From: Clostridia bacterium
Lineage (GTDB): Bacteria; Bacillota; Clostridia; UMGS1883
Length of the DNA stretch: 60,701 bases
Direction: 5' to 3'
NCBI GenBank assembly: GCA_051866635.1
Contig: JBJDXJ010000015.1
Span: forward strand, 4,737 to 65,437
Positions within the stretch are counted from its first letter, which is position 1, and each line of letters begins with the position of its first letter. The notes beneath the pieces were generated by a model. It was not told the DNA's origin and did no database searches. It saw nothing but the letters and a program-made list of their open reading frames with translations. Both the position numbers and the translations under genes were made by a program. Of this stretch, positions 27,956-38,356 are shown in pieces.

Positions 27956-28965
27956 ATGTGAAAATCAACCCCTTTCAAAGCATAGCTTCCGTATTTTTCC
28001 GCAAGATGGGCAATGTCTTCATCAAAATCAGAAAATAAGATTTCGGAAAATTCTTTATATATACGGCTTTTTGACAAGCTGTCTGTAACAGTTTTGTCCT
28101 CAATTTTTACAAAAACAGCCTGTGGTGAAATAATGGAGTGTATATACGGAATATCTAAAAATAATTCGTCGGATATAATTCCTGTAAGGTTTATTTTACA
28201 TATGGTATTTTCGGTTTCCTCTTTCAATTTCTCACTGATTGTGTAGGAGGAGGTGTAATCGGAAATGTCAAAATCAATAACCTTATATATTGCAGAGGAG
28301 GAGGGGATAAAGGAAATGTTTGAAACATTCTTTTGTACCCGGGCTTTGATAAAGCCTTTTACACCCGTTTCGTCAAAGCCTGAACCGTCGTGACAGCCCG
28401 GATACACCAAAGATTTTTCGCTGTAGTGGTAATGGACATGACCCAAAGCGATGTAATCGTAGCCTAACGAGAGAAGAAAATCCTTATTCATGGGATTATA
28501 TTCGCTTTTTGAGAAAATATCACCATGGATGCACAGAATGTTCAAGCCATCATCTGCACGAGGGATTAAGCCTTCAAAGGTCGCAGAACCTTTGGAAAAG
28601 GAAACACCTGTTATTGTGGCATCCTTTAATTTTATCCTTTCAAAGCTATCAGAAAAAACGTGAACATTTCCCGGGAAATTGCATTGTGATAATCCGTAAT
28701 CATGATTTCCCAAAGATATAAATACATCTATATCGCCCAAACGTTCAAATTCTGAAAAGCAGAAGGACAAGAGTGACTTGTCGGGATTGGAGGAGTCAAA
28801 TAAATCCCCTGAAATCAAAAGACAGTCAGCTTTTTGATTAATTGTATAATCTATAATCTTTGAAAATGACATACGTCTTGATGCTTTCCGCTTTAAAGCA
28901 ATATCAGGGGGAAGAGAAGAAAGGGGAGCGTCAAGATGATTGTCTGATGTGTGAATAATTAACAT
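27952..28965 (-). CDS. YhaO/SbcD-like metallophosphoesterase nuclease
   Basis: HTSDNHL, SGDLFD, GNHD, HG, ALGHVH motifs; coupled to the ATPase. Confidence 0.88.
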   Translation of the reverse strand: MLIIHTSDNHLDAPLSSLPPDIALKRKASRRMSFSKIIDYTINQKADCLLISGDLFDSSNPDKSLLSFCFSEFERLGDIDVFISLGNHDYGLSQCNFPGNVHVFSDSFERIKLKDATITGVSFSKGSATFEGLIPRADDGLNILCIHGDIFSKSEYNPMNKDFLLSLGYDYIALGHVHYHYSEKSLVYPGCHDGSGFDETGVKGFIKARVQKNVSNISFIPSSSAIYKVIDFDISDYTSSYTISEKLKEETENTICKINLTGIISDELFLDIPYIHSIISPQAVFVKIEDKTVTDSLSKSRIYKEFSEILFSDFDEDIAHLAEKYGSYALKGVDFHI

Positions 28966-29145
28966 GTTTAATCTCCTTATACAGAAGTTTTTACCTATTA
29001 TATATAATAACATACGGAAAGAGGGTTGTCAAAGTCTTATAGCGTGTTAGTAAAAAAGTGTAAAAAAATTTAACCATGCGAAATAATATTTAGGCAATTT
29101 GTTTAAAAAAATTTAAAAAACTTAGGCAAAAGTTATAAAAAACTC

Positions 29146-29174
29146 TTGAAGTTTTTTAAATTTTTGTGTATAAT
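29146..29174 (+). promoter_or_regulatory. SigA promoter of the nine-gene transport operon
   Basis: TTGAAG-17-TATAAT. Confidence 0.65.
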
Positions 29175-29212
29175 GAAGTAAGTAGTAATATGTTATAGAG
29201 GAAGTGTGAGAT

Positions 29213-31225
29213 ATGCGGATAAAACTTAAACCACTGATTGCTACGTTGCTGTGCACGACAATGCTTGTTCCTTGCTTTTCCGGATGCGAAAGTAAGCATG
29301 ATAACGGGGAAATAAAGGTTATCAGGATAGGTACTCATGCACAAAGCGAAGATGATCCATACTGGGTTGACAGTATAACAGGTGAATCTGCAATGGACCC
29401 TGACAAGAGAAAGGCGGCAGAAACAGCCCTTACGAAGGTTAAGGAAGAATTGAATGTTGAAATTCAGTTCTTGCAATATTCCAGTGACCTTAAACAGCTC
29501 TTGTTGCAGACGGTGCTTGCAGGGGACCCATATTGCGAACTTGCGATTTTGTGGGGTGGTGTACAAGGTACAATCCTTTCACAGAATATCCTTCAGCCTC
29601 TTGATGAGTATGCTTACATATTCCATGATGACCCTGACGGTAAGTGGATTCTTCCTCAAAAGACTTTCGGTCATTATTACCTGATGAACAGAGACTTACT
29701 TTATTCCAATACATGGCCCATTGTTTATAATATAGATATGATTGAGGCAGTTCCGTCTTTGAAGGATGAAAACGGTAAGACAATTTATCCTTCGGATTTG
29801 TACTTCTCAGGTCAGTGGACATGGAGCCGCTTTAAGGATTACATATCAAAAATCAAGCAGTATTATTCCGGCAAGACAGCCGCCACAGGTAATGAAATTG
29901 CGGCATTCAATACAAACTTTACTTTCTTCGGTCTTTTTGCTCTCCATTCTGTGGGTGCAGGCGTTTATGACGGTGAAGCAATGAAGTTTGATACAGATGC
30001 GGCTATTGAAGCTTGTGAATATGTAGACGAACTTATGACTGCGGAGCTTGTTACGTGTTCAAATTCTCAGAAGGGCGTAAAGGCTGATTCCGGTTGGCTT
30101 ACAGGCTCTACCGCTTTCCAGAACGGTGAAACAGTATTTACAAACTGTGCCCGTTGGAGAATGGGTGCAGCTTCTACAACTTTGGCAGAGCGTGGCGAGT
30201 CTATGGGTGTAATCCCCTTCCCTTATCCCGATGGCACAAACCCTCACGAGGATGAGAATTCAAAATACCGTCATGTAACTCCCATGGCTGACTCTGTTGG
30301 ACTTCTCCGTGGTATTGATAAAGAAACAAGTGAACTTGCCCTCCGGGCATATAAGATGTATAAGGTTGAGTTCTATAAGGCATATGCTCACGTTGATTCT
30401 ATAGCAGAGTACATGGAAGAACGTGCCAGTGCTGATGCTCTTACCTTCGGTGTGGATATATTCCATCCTGAAGTGGGTGAGGATAACCTTAAGATATGGA
30501 TTGAGTTTGGTAATTCTCCTGCAAACGAATATTCGGAAGCCTGCAGTGTTATGTGGGCATGGAGTGATATTTTAGGCAGATCCATTTACGGTGTTAACGG
30601 CTATGCAAAATACAGAACAGCAGTTCATGCCAATAAGCAGAGTATTTACGAGAAACTTGACACCATTTCCGAAGCTGTAAACTCTAACGTGGTTGTGGAC
30701 TCTGTTAATCCTTCAGTAAGCAAAAAGAGTGGTGCGGTGCTTGCATTTGCGGCAGGTACAGATCCTTCAAAGATTGATTGGGGCGAATATATTTCCGCAA
30801 GCGATAATATCGACGGCGATTATGAAATCGATAAAGTTTCACTTGACTATTCAAATGTTGATTTTGACACAGTAGGTGTTTACGAAAACGCTTTGATAGG
30901 TAAGGTTACCGATGAAGGCGGAAATGTGGGCGAGGGTCAGTTTACAGTTTCCATATATAATAAGGAAAATACTACGCCTCCCACGCTGGTGCTTAAGGAA
31001 AGCGGAGAAAATAAAATGGAACTTAATAAGGATGTATCAACTGTCAACTGGGGTTCATACGTTGAAAAGGCGTACGATGTAGACGGTATTGATATTTCCT
31101 CAAATATAACGGCAGATACAGGTTGGCTTGATGTGACTGAAAAAGGTGAATACAATGTTGACATTGTTGCAACAGACTTTGCCGGAAATTCAGTTGAAGC
31201 CACAATTGTTGTTAAGGTAGAATAA
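29213..31225 (+). CDS. Solute-binding lipoprotein with two C-terminal bacterial Ig-like repeats
   Basis: Lipobox FSGC; SBP motifs LAGDP, LQPLD, IVYN, GQWTW; Ig motifs ASDNIDGD...GVY...D..GN and AYDVDG...GEY...DFAGN. Confidence 0.8.
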   Translation: MRIKLKPLIATLLCTTMLVPCFSGCESKHDNGEIKVIRIGTHAQSEDDPYWVDSITGESAMDPDKRKAAETALTKVKEELNVEIQFLQYSSDLKQLLLQTVLAGDPYCELAILWGGVQGTILSQNILQPLDEYAYIFHDDPDGKWILPQKTFGHYYLMNRDLLYSNTWPIVYNIDMIEAVPSLKDENGKTIYPSDLYFSGQWTWSRFKDYISKIKQYYSGKTAATGNEIAAFNTNFTFFGLFALHSVGAGVYDGEAMKFDTDAAIEACEYVDELMTAELVTCSNSQKGVKADSGWLTGSTAFQNGETVFTNCARWRMGAASTTLAERGESMGVIPFPYPDGTNPHEDENSKYRHVTPMADSVGLLRGIDKETSELALRAYKMYKVEFYKAYAHVDSIAEYMEERASADALTFGVDIFHPEVGEDNLKIWIEFGNSPANEYSEACSVMWAWSDILGRSIYGVNGYAKYRTAVHANKQSIYEKLDTISEAVNSNVVVDSVNPSVSKKSGAVLAFAAGTDPSKIDWGEYISASDNIDGDYEIDKVSLDYSNVDFDTVGVYENALIGKVTDEGGNVGEGQFTVSIYNKENTTPPTLVLKESGENKMELNKDVSTVNWGSYVEKAYDVDGIDISSNITADTGWLDVTEKGEYNVDIVATDFAGNSVEATIVVKVE

Positions 31226-31247
31226 TGAACGGAGGGATAAATCAAAA

Positions 31248-34200
31248 ATGGCAAATCAGGCAAAACGTAAAAAGAAAAATGTAAAACTGATTGTTGTTGC
31301 TTCCATTCTTGTTGTATGTGCAGTTCTTGTCTGTCTTGCATTCGTACTTCCCGGTAATAAAGATACTGTTGCCGTGGCAGGTAAGCAAGGCGAATTCTTA
31401 GAAAAGACATACGCAGAATATCTTGAGAAAGTCGGATATGATGAAACAAAAGAAATATCTGACAGCGTTGTCACTGTTGATGTTACTAATTTTGTAACAG
31501 GTGATGCGTGGATTAATGAGGCAAAACAAGAAGAAACTTTAGCAGTGGAAGACGCTACAGATGTAGTGATTGAAGAAGCTTTTGAAGTTTCAGAAGCTGT
31601 TGTTGAAAGAGATGACAGTGTAGCGGTTGTTGAAAACGGAAGCGTTAAAATTTCCGACCGCGGTAACGTAACATGGAAGTTCACAGTTGAAAACGAAGGC
31701 TATTATAACCTTAAGTTTAACTACACTTCTATTGAAGGTACAACATCCAATCCTCAGAGAACGCTTCTCATCGACGGTGAAGAATTCTTTGACGGCATGA
31801 AGCAGATTGACTTCAAGAGAACTTGGGACAACGGTGAAATCACTTCCAAGGGTGGCGACGAAATCCGTCCCACAGCTATTCAGGTGTTTGAACCCCTTGA
31901 TGTTTATGCCTCTGATACAAACATGAGAACACTTGCTCCTTATGTTTTCTATCTTTCAGCAGGCGAACATACAATTACACTTGAGGAAAATCGTGAGCCC
32001 GTGCAGATTAACGCAATTACCTTTGAAAAGGCTCCCGTAGCTCCTACTTATGAAGAATATCTTGCCTCTTACGGTGACAACACTTATGCGGGTGAAAATC
32101 TCGTTATGCAGGCTGAAAGATATGAAGGCGGTACAGTGGCTATTACAAAGACATCAACTTCTGTAGGTGTATCCACTGACTACTCCAGCTCTTACACAGT
32201 ACCTTATCACTACTGGAACCAGCTTCTTAATATTGTAGGCGGTAGTAACTGGGCTACAGCAGGTCAGGCAATTACTTGGACTATTGAAGTTCCCCAGTCA
32301 GGTTTGTATCAGATTGCACCCAGAGCAAGACAGAATACGAACCGTGGTGTTAAGAGTTTCAGACGAATTAAAATCAACGGCGAAGTTCCCTTCAAGGAAG
32401 CTGAAAAGATAGGCTTTGACTATTCAACAAGCTTTGAAAACTATGTAATTTCCACCGCTGCTGAATATGATGAAGAAGGCAATGTTATTAAAGAATCCGA
32501 ACCTCTTCTTTTCTACCTGAACGAAGGCGAAAACACAATTACAATGGAAATTGTACTTGGTGACTTTGCAAATGCTCTTTCTCAGGTTGAAGACAGCGTT
32601 CTTGAACTTAACAATATGTACCGTAAGGTTGTTCAGATTACCGGTACTGTTCCGGATACATATATTGACTATGAAATTGCTGACAAGGTAGCAGGCTTTG
32701 AAGAAACAATGGAAAAACAGGCGGAAGTTCTTTATTCCGTTGTCGATGAACTTGTTGCAATTACGGGTGAAAAGGGCTCCGGTACGATCCAGATTGAAAA
32801 GGTTGCTCGTCAGTGTGCTCAGTTCGCTGAAAAGCCTGATGATGTAGTTGATGAAATTTCCGACTTCAAGAGCAACATTTCTGCTCTTGGTACATGGATG
32901 CTCGACATTTCTTCCATGCCTTTGGAAATTGACTCCTTTACACTTTCTGCTCCAAATGCAAAACTTAAGTGTGCAGAACCAAACTCTCTTGTATCAGCAG
33001 GCACCGAAGCAATCCGATTTATCGCTACTTTCGTAGTTGACGATACACAGATTGCATCCGACGGCGAAATCTCAAACGATGCTATTAAAGTTTGGATTGC
33101 TACAGGTCGTGACCAGGCTCAGATTATACGTAACCTTATCGATGGTGACTATTCACCTTCTCATGGTAAGAGCGTAAACCTTCAGCTTATTCCCGCAGGT
33201 GTGCTCCTTCCCGCAACACTGGCAGGTAACGGACCTGACGTTTCACTTTCGAACGGTCAGGCAAGCGTTGTTGACTTTGCAGTGCGTGGTGCGTTGGCAG
33301 ACCTCAGACAGTTTGATGACTTTGAAAACTACAGAGTACAGTTTAAGGACAGTGCTATTAATACAGCAAGCTACAACGGCGGTGTTTACGGTATTCCAGA
33401 AACTCAGTCCTTCAGCGTATTGTTCTACAGAACAGATATTTTAGAAGAACTTGGATTGGAAGTACCTAAGACATGGGACGAAGTAGAAGCTGCAATCAAT
33501 GTCCTTCACATTAATAATTACGATTTCTACATTCCTACATCTGCTCTTTACTCCACATTGGTATTCCAGTATGGCGGTGATATGTATCTTGGTGGTGCGG
33601 GAACTGTAAACCCCGTAGACGGATATGTATACTCAGAAACAGGCAGTGACTACGGTATCCAGAGTGGTCTTAGAGAAGAACCTGCAATGCTTGCATTCCA
33701 GAAGCTTACAGAATTCTTTACAACATATGCTCTTCCCGTATCTGCTGACTTCTCAAACCGTTTCAGAACAGGTGAAATTCCCATCGGTATTGCAGATTAC
33801 ACACTTTTCAATACTCTTGAAATTTTCGCTCCTGAAATAAAGGGTCTTTGGAACTTTGCTCCTATGCCAGGTTATGTAGATCCTGAAACAGGCGAAATTA
33901 ATAACACAGTTGTTTCCGCTTCTTCACATACAGTTATGCTTGAAAGCTCAAAGAAGAAAGAAGATTCTTGGGAATTCATGAAGTGGTGGCTCAGTGAAGA
34001 TGTTCAGGTACAGTACGGTAATACATTGGAAGCTGTTTTAGGTAGTGGTGCAAGATATGCAACAGCTAACACTAATGTATTGACACAGTTGCCTTGGGCT
34101 ACAAGACAGTCTGATGTTATCCTTGAGCAGTTTGAACACACTAAGGGTGTTCCCGATGTTCCCGGTTACTATATGACAAGCCGTGAAGTTGATTATGCTT

Positions 34201-34343
34201 TCAAGGGCGTTGTAACAGACGGTCAGAACCCCAGAGAAGCACTTTACTTGAATGTTAAGGAAATCAACGATGAACTTACTATCAAGCGTGAAGAATTCCA
34301 CTTGACAAGATTGGACGAGGAGGGAAAAGTAATCGATGGCTGA
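31248..34343 (+). CDS. Large membrane-anchored SBP: two CBM-like beta-sandwiches, a helical linker and a C-terminal carbohydrate SBP
   Basis: N-terminal TM without lipobox; two W.F.V...G.Y...L..GE.TIT.E repeats; GNGPDV, YGIPETQSFSVLFYRTDIL, PKTWDE. Confidence 0.85.
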   Translation: MANQAKRKKKNVKLIVVASILVVCAVLVCLAFVLPGNKDTVAVAGKQGEFLEKTYAEYLEKVGYDETKEISDSVVTVDVTNFVTGDAWINEAKQEETLAVEDATDVVIEEAFEVSEAVVERDDSVAVVENGSVKISDRGNVTWKFTVENEGYYNLKFNYTSIEGTTSNPQRTLLIDGEEFFDGMKQIDFKRTWDNGEITSKGGDEIRPTAIQVFEPLDVYASDTNMRTLAPYVFYLSAGEHTITLEENREPVQINAITFEKAPVAPTYEEYLASYGDNTYAGENLVMQAERYEGGTVAITKTSTSVGVSTDYSSSYTVPYHYWNQLLNIVGGSNWATAGQAITWTIEVPQSGLYQIAPRARQNTNRGVKSFRRIKINGEVPFKEAEKIGFDYSTSFENYVISTAAEYDEEGNVIKESEPLLFYLNEGENTITMEIVLGDFANALSQVEDSVLELNNMYRKVVQITGTVPDTYIDYEIADKVAGFEETMEKQAEVLYSVVDELVAITGEKGSGTIQIEKVARQCAQFAEKPDDVVDEISDFKSNISALGTWMLDISSMPLEIDSFTLSAPNAKLKCAEPNSLVSAGTEAIRFIATFVVDDTQIASDGEISNDAIKVWIATGRDQAQIIRNLIDGDYSPSHGKSVNLQLIPAGVLLPATLAGNGPDVSLSNGQASVVDFAVRGALADLRQFDDFENYRVQFKDSAINTASYNGGVYGIPETQSFSVLFYRTDILEELGLEVPKTWDEVEAAINVLHINNYDFYIPTSALYSTLVFQYGGDMYLGGAGTVNPVDGYVYSETGSDYGIQSGLREEPAMLAFQKLTEFFTTYALPVSADFSNRFRTGEIPIGIADYTLFNTLEIFAPEIKGLWNFAPMPGYVDPETGEINNTVVSASSHTVMLESSKKKEDSWEFMKWWLSEDVQVQYGNTLEAVLGSGARYATANTNVLTQLPWATRQSDVILEQFEHTKGVPDVPGYYMTSREVDYAFKGVVTDGQNPREALYLNVKEINDELTIKREEFHLTRLDEEGKVIDG

Positions 34344-35289
34344 GCAGAAAGTAAAAAAGACTGAAAATACGGGAAGAAACCGTAAGAAGCTTCAGTCCAT
34401 GGAATGGAAGAATGCATGGAGACTTCATAAAGACAAGTACCTGCTTATCCTTCCCTTTGCACTTATATTCTGTATATTTACAGTTCTTCCCGTTGCAGTG
34501 TCCATGGTTCTTAGTTTCACAAACTTCAACATGCTCCAGGTTCCCGATTTTATCGGTCTGGAAAACTACATTAATCTTATAGTATTTGACGATGTATTCC
34601 TTATAGCTGTTAAGAACACATTGTTCTTCGCTATTGTAACAGGTCCCGTCAGCTACCTTATGTGTTTCGTTTTCGCATGGATTATTAACGAACTTCCACC
34701 TAAGATCAGGGCAATCATGGTGCTTGTATTCTATGCACCTTCAATTTCAGGTAACGCTTACGTTATTTGGAAGCTCCTTTTCTCATCAGATATGTACGGC
34801 TACATCAACGCCTACGCTCTGAAGTGGAATATTATTCAGAGTCCTATTTTGTGGTTTGAAACGGCAGAGTATATCATGCCTATCCTCATTATTGTACAGC
34901 TTTGGCTTTCTCTTGGTGTCGGATTCCTGTCTTTCGTTGCAGGTTTACAGTCCCAGGATATGGCACTTTACGAAGCAGGTGCAATCGACGGTATCAAGAA
35001 CCGTTGGCAGGAGCTTTGGTACATCACTCTTCCTTCAATGAAGCCTCAGCTTATGTTCGGTGCTGTAATGCAGATTACATCTTCATTCGGTGTTGCCGGC
35101 ATCGCCGATGCACTTGTAGGTTATCCTACAGTTGACTACGCAGGTCACTTTATTTTGAACCACTTGAACGACTATGGCAATCTTCGTTATGAAATGGGTT
35201 ACGCATCAGCTATCGCAGTTATCCTCTTCTTCATAATGATTTTTGCTAACATCTTAGTTCAGAAGGTACTTAGAAAGGTGGGTTCGTAA
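34336..35289 (+). CDS. Carbohydrate ABC permease 1
   Basis: LYEAGAIDG EAA motif, MGYASAIA. Confidence 0.92.
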   Translation: MAEQKVKKTENTGRNRKKLQSMEWKNAWRLHKDKYLLILPFALIFCIFTVLPVAVSMVLSFTNFNMLQVPDFIGLENYINLIVFDDVFLIAVKNTLFFAIVTGPVSYLMCFVFAWIINELPPKIRAIMVLVFYAPSISGNAYVIWKLLFSSDMYGYINAYALKWNIIQSPILWFETAEYIMPILIIVQLWLSLGVGFLSFVAGLQSQDMALYEAGAIDGIKNRWQELWYITLPSMKPQLMFGAVMQITSSFGVAGIADALVGYPTVDYAGHFILNHLNDYGNLRYEMGYASAIAVILFFIMIFANILVQKVLRKVGS

Positions 35290-35293
35290 TAAT

Positions 35294-36223
35294 ATGAAAA
35301 AGTTATTTTCTAAAATAGGTGCGGCCCTTGTAAAGGTACCTCCCTTCAAGCAGTTCAGTGCATGGCTCGCACACAGAAGAATTACAAGAAGAAATCGTTC
35401 TTTGGGTGTTGATATTGCACTTACAGTTTTCCTTGGTTTATTCGGTATCATCAGTGTACTTCCTCTTTGGCTTATCGTCGTAAATGCATTTAAGCCCTTG
35501 AATGAAGTATTCATGTTCCCTCCGAAATTCTATGTAGTTAACCCTACATTAGATAACTTCCGTGATTTGTTCCAGTTAATAGGTAATTCTTGGGTTCCTT
35601 TCTCAAGATACATCTTTAACACGGTATTTATCACATTGCTTGGCACTTTGGGCTCTGTTATCGTTGCTTCAATGGCGGCGTATCCCTTGGCAAAGTACCA
35701 GTTCCCGGGTTCAAGAATGATGAGTAGCTTGATTGTATATTCTCTTATGTTCAACGGCTCTGTAACAGGTATTCCCAACTATATTATCATGAGCAAGATT
35801 GGTCTTATTGATACATATTGGGCAGTTGTTCTTCCGGCTATCGGCTCTACAATGGGTCTTTACCTTATGAGAAACAATATGACTCACATACCTACTTCAC
35901 TTCTTGAATCCTGTAAGATTGACGGTGCAAATGAATTTACAATCTACTGGAAGATTATCATGCCTCTTTCAAAGCCTGCATGGGTAACACTTATTATCCT
36001 TTCTTTCCAGAGCTTGTGGGGCACAACAGGCGGTACATATCTTTACACAGAAAAGTTGAAACCCGTTACATATGCACTTAGCCAGATTTTGGCAGCAGGT
36101 GTTGTACGTACAGGTGTTTCATCGGCTGTAAGCTTGATTATGCTTATTGTTCCGGTTATCGTATTCGTAATTTCACAGAGCAACGTTATCGAAACAATGG
36201 CTTCATCCGGTATGAAGGACTAA
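35294..36223 (+). CDS. Carbohydrate ABC permease 2
   Basis: LLESCKIDGA EAA-like motif. Confidence 0.92.
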   Translation: MKKLFSKIGAALVKVPPFKQFSAWLAHRRITRRNRSLGVDIALTVFLGLFGIISVLPLWLIVVNAFKPLNEVFMFPPKFYVVNPTLDNFRDLFQLIGNSWVPFSRYIFNTVFITLLGTLGSVIVASMAAYPLAKYQFPGSRMMSSLIVYSLMFNGSVTGIPNYIIMSKIGLIDTYWAVVLPAIGSTMGLYLMRNNMTHIPTSLLESCKIDGANEFTIYWKIIMPLSKPAWVTLIILSFQSLWGTTGGTYLYTEKLKPVTYALSQILAAGVVRTGVSSAVSLIMLIVPVIVFVISQSNVIETMASSGMKD

Positions 36224-36236
36224 GGGGGTGCAGATT

Positions 36237-37718
36237 GTGAAAAAGAGAATAGTAACATTAACTATGACAATAGTGTTGTCGCTTGTCCTTTGTATGCAAG
36301 CTGTGCCTGCATTGGCAGAACATACACAGGATGCCAGCTACATTTACGATTACTGGGGAAGTGCAAACAAGAGTTTGTCAGCTTTCCAGCTGTCAACAAC
36401 TATTGACAGTAATTCAATGGGTCATAATCTTCCTCTTTCAACAGTAAAGGACATTGCTGTGTACGGTGATGAAATTTACATTGTTGACTCAGAAGAGGGA
36501 AGAGTAAACATTTTTGACAAAGACTTTAAATTTGTTGATTCTATCAAAATCATCCGTGATGAAGAAGGTAAGATAGTTGTCAGCGAAGAAACAAACAAGC
36601 AGATGATTTTATCAGCTCCCGAAGGTGTATATGTAACAGATGAATGTATCTACATTGCCGATACAGGCAATAACAGAATTCTTGTTTTAAATCACGGTTC
36701 ACATTCACTTATCCGTGAAATCACAAAGCCTTCTGCAATGAGCGAAAGTGCAATTTTCAAGCCCAGTAAGCTTGCGGTTGATAATTCCGGTCGTATTTTC
36801 TGTGTTGTTCAGAACAGCACAGAAGGTATTATCGAATTAAATGTTGACGGTAGTTTCTCTCGTTACTACGGTGTTAACTCTCCCTCAGTAAACCTTATCG
36901 ATTACTTCTGGAAGAGTATTGCAAGTGAAGAACAGCAGGAAAAGATGTCTAAGGTATATGCTCCTTCCTTCAGCAACATTCAGACTGATAAAGAAGGTTT
37001 CGTTTATGCAGTTACATTGGATACTGCTTCTAAGGAAATGGTATTCAGATTTAACTCAAACGGCGAAAACGTTCTTCGTAAGTTCGGTTATTCTAAGCAG
37101 ATGGGTGACTTGCCCACAACGATTGATGAAAGTTTCTCCATCAGTACGTTCACAGATATTGCCGTAAACGATTACGGTGTATATGCACTTTTGGACACAG
37201 TTAAGAACCGTGTGTTCGTATACAACTTCGACGGTAACCTTATTACTATCTTTGGTGGTAAAGGCAACACAAAGGGAACTTTTAACAATCCTACAAGTAT
37301 TGCTTGGTTGGGTAATAACCTTATCGTAGGTGATGAAAATCTGGCAAGTGCCTTTGTTTTCACAACAACTGATTTCGGTGACCTTATTTTGGAAGCTGAA
37401 AAGAAGTATTATGAAGGTGACTTTGAAGGTGCGGCTGTTCTCCAGAGAGACGTAGTTGCAATGAACGCAAACTACGACCATGCATACGTATCTATCGGTA
37501 AGAACCTTTTGATGCAGGATGAATACGAAGAAGCTATGTATTACTTCAAGCTTGGTAATGATAAAACTTATTACTCCAAGGCATTTACAGGATACAGAAA
37601 CCTTATCCTTCAGAAGTATTTCTTCGTATTGGCAATAGTAATTCTTCTGTTTATTGTATGGGTACTTCGCGGTGAAGTTAAGTACAATAAGCAGCAGCGT
37701 AAACTTGAAGAACTGTGA
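36237..37718 (+). CDS. Exported NHL-repeat beta-propeller plus TPR protein with C-terminal TM anchor
   Basis: Signal peptide; PEGVYV..IYIADTGNNRI, PSKLAVD, FNNPTSIA; TPR-like NYDHAYVSIGK; GTG start after GGGGTG. Confidence 0.85.
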   Translation: MKKRIVTLTMTIVLSLVLCMQAVPALAEHTQDASYIYDYWGSANKSLSAFQLSTTIDSNSMGHNLPLSTVKDIAVYGDEIYIVDSEEGRVNIFDKDFKFVDSIKIIRDEEGKIVVSEETNKQMILSAPEGVYVTDECIYIADTGNNRILVLNHGSHSLIREITKPSAMSESAIFKPSKLAVDNSGRIFCVVQNSTEGIIELNVDGSFSRYYGVNSPSVNLIDYFWKSIASEEQQEKMSKVYAPSFSNIQTDKEGFVYAVTLDTASKEMVFRFNSNGENVLRKFGYSKQMGDLPTTIDESFSISTFTDIAVNDYGVYALLDTVKNRVFVYNFDGNLITIFGGKGNTKGTFNNPTSIAWLGNNLIVGDENLASAFVFTTTDFGDLILEAEKKYYEGDFEGAAVLQRDVVAMNANYDHAYVSIGKNLLMQDEYEEAMYYFKLGNDKTYYSKAFTGYRNLILQKYFFVLAIVILLFIVWVLRGEVKYNKQQRKLEEL

Positions 37719-37728
37719 GGTGAAAGTG

Positions 37729-38352
37729 ATGAAGAAATTTCGTGAAGATTTTAAATATTTGAACCATGTCATATTTCACCCGTTCGACGGCTTTTATGAA
37801 GTAAGATTCAGAGGCAAGGGCAATTATGCTTTAGTTGCAATCCTGTTCATTTTGAGTGGTCTTATGAATGTTATTTCTTATCAGTACACCGGCTTTATTA
37901 TGAATAATAATGCCATGTTTGCGATGAACAGTGTAACAACCTTTATTTTCGGTTTGTTCCCTTATCTGCTCTTTGCAATTAGTAACTGGAGTATGACAGC
38001 AATTTTTGAGGGTAGCGGTAAGTTTTTGGATATTCTTACAGTTCTTGCTTACTCCCTTTATCCCAAGCTTATCCTGGACGTTATAGTAGTCATTTTCTCT
38101 AACGTTGTTACAGAAGAAGAAGCAATCCTCCTTACAGCAGTACAGATGATTGCACTTGTATGGTTCTGCTTCCTTGTATTCAGCGGTTTGTGCGTAATTC
38201 ATGAATACGGTGCAGGCAGAAACCTCGCTATGATTATTGCAACATTTGTTGCGGCAGTTGTAGTAATATTCCTGGCAACATTATACATCACATTAGTTGA
38301 AAAAGTTTTGGTATTTATCGCAGACTTTACAACAGAATTGGCAAGGAGGTGA
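37729..38352 (+). CDS. YIP1-family membrane protein
   Basis: IFHPFDGFY start, 5 TM segments, YSLYP, IHEY. Confidence 0.8.
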   Translation: MKKFREDFKYLNHVIFHPFDGFYEVRFRGKGNYALVAILFILSGLMNVISYQYTGFIMNNNAMFAMNSVTTFIFGLFPYLLFAISNWSMTAIFEGSGKFLDILTVLAYSLYPKLILDVIVVIFSNVVTEEEAILLTAVQMIALVWFCFLVFSGLCVIHEYGAGRNLAMIIATFVAAVVVIFLATLYITLVEKVLVFIADFTTELARR

Positions 38353-38356
38353 CGAT

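Noticed and set aside
11839-28965. Dedicated DNA-repair or defence island (uvrC, lexA, recG, yhaON)
   Set aside because: These genes are interspersed with unrelated core genes, and SOS boxes were seen only at lexA/yneA
37056-37772. 238-aa antisense ORF
   Set aside because: Shadow of the NHL gene's biased codon usage; no RBS or motifs
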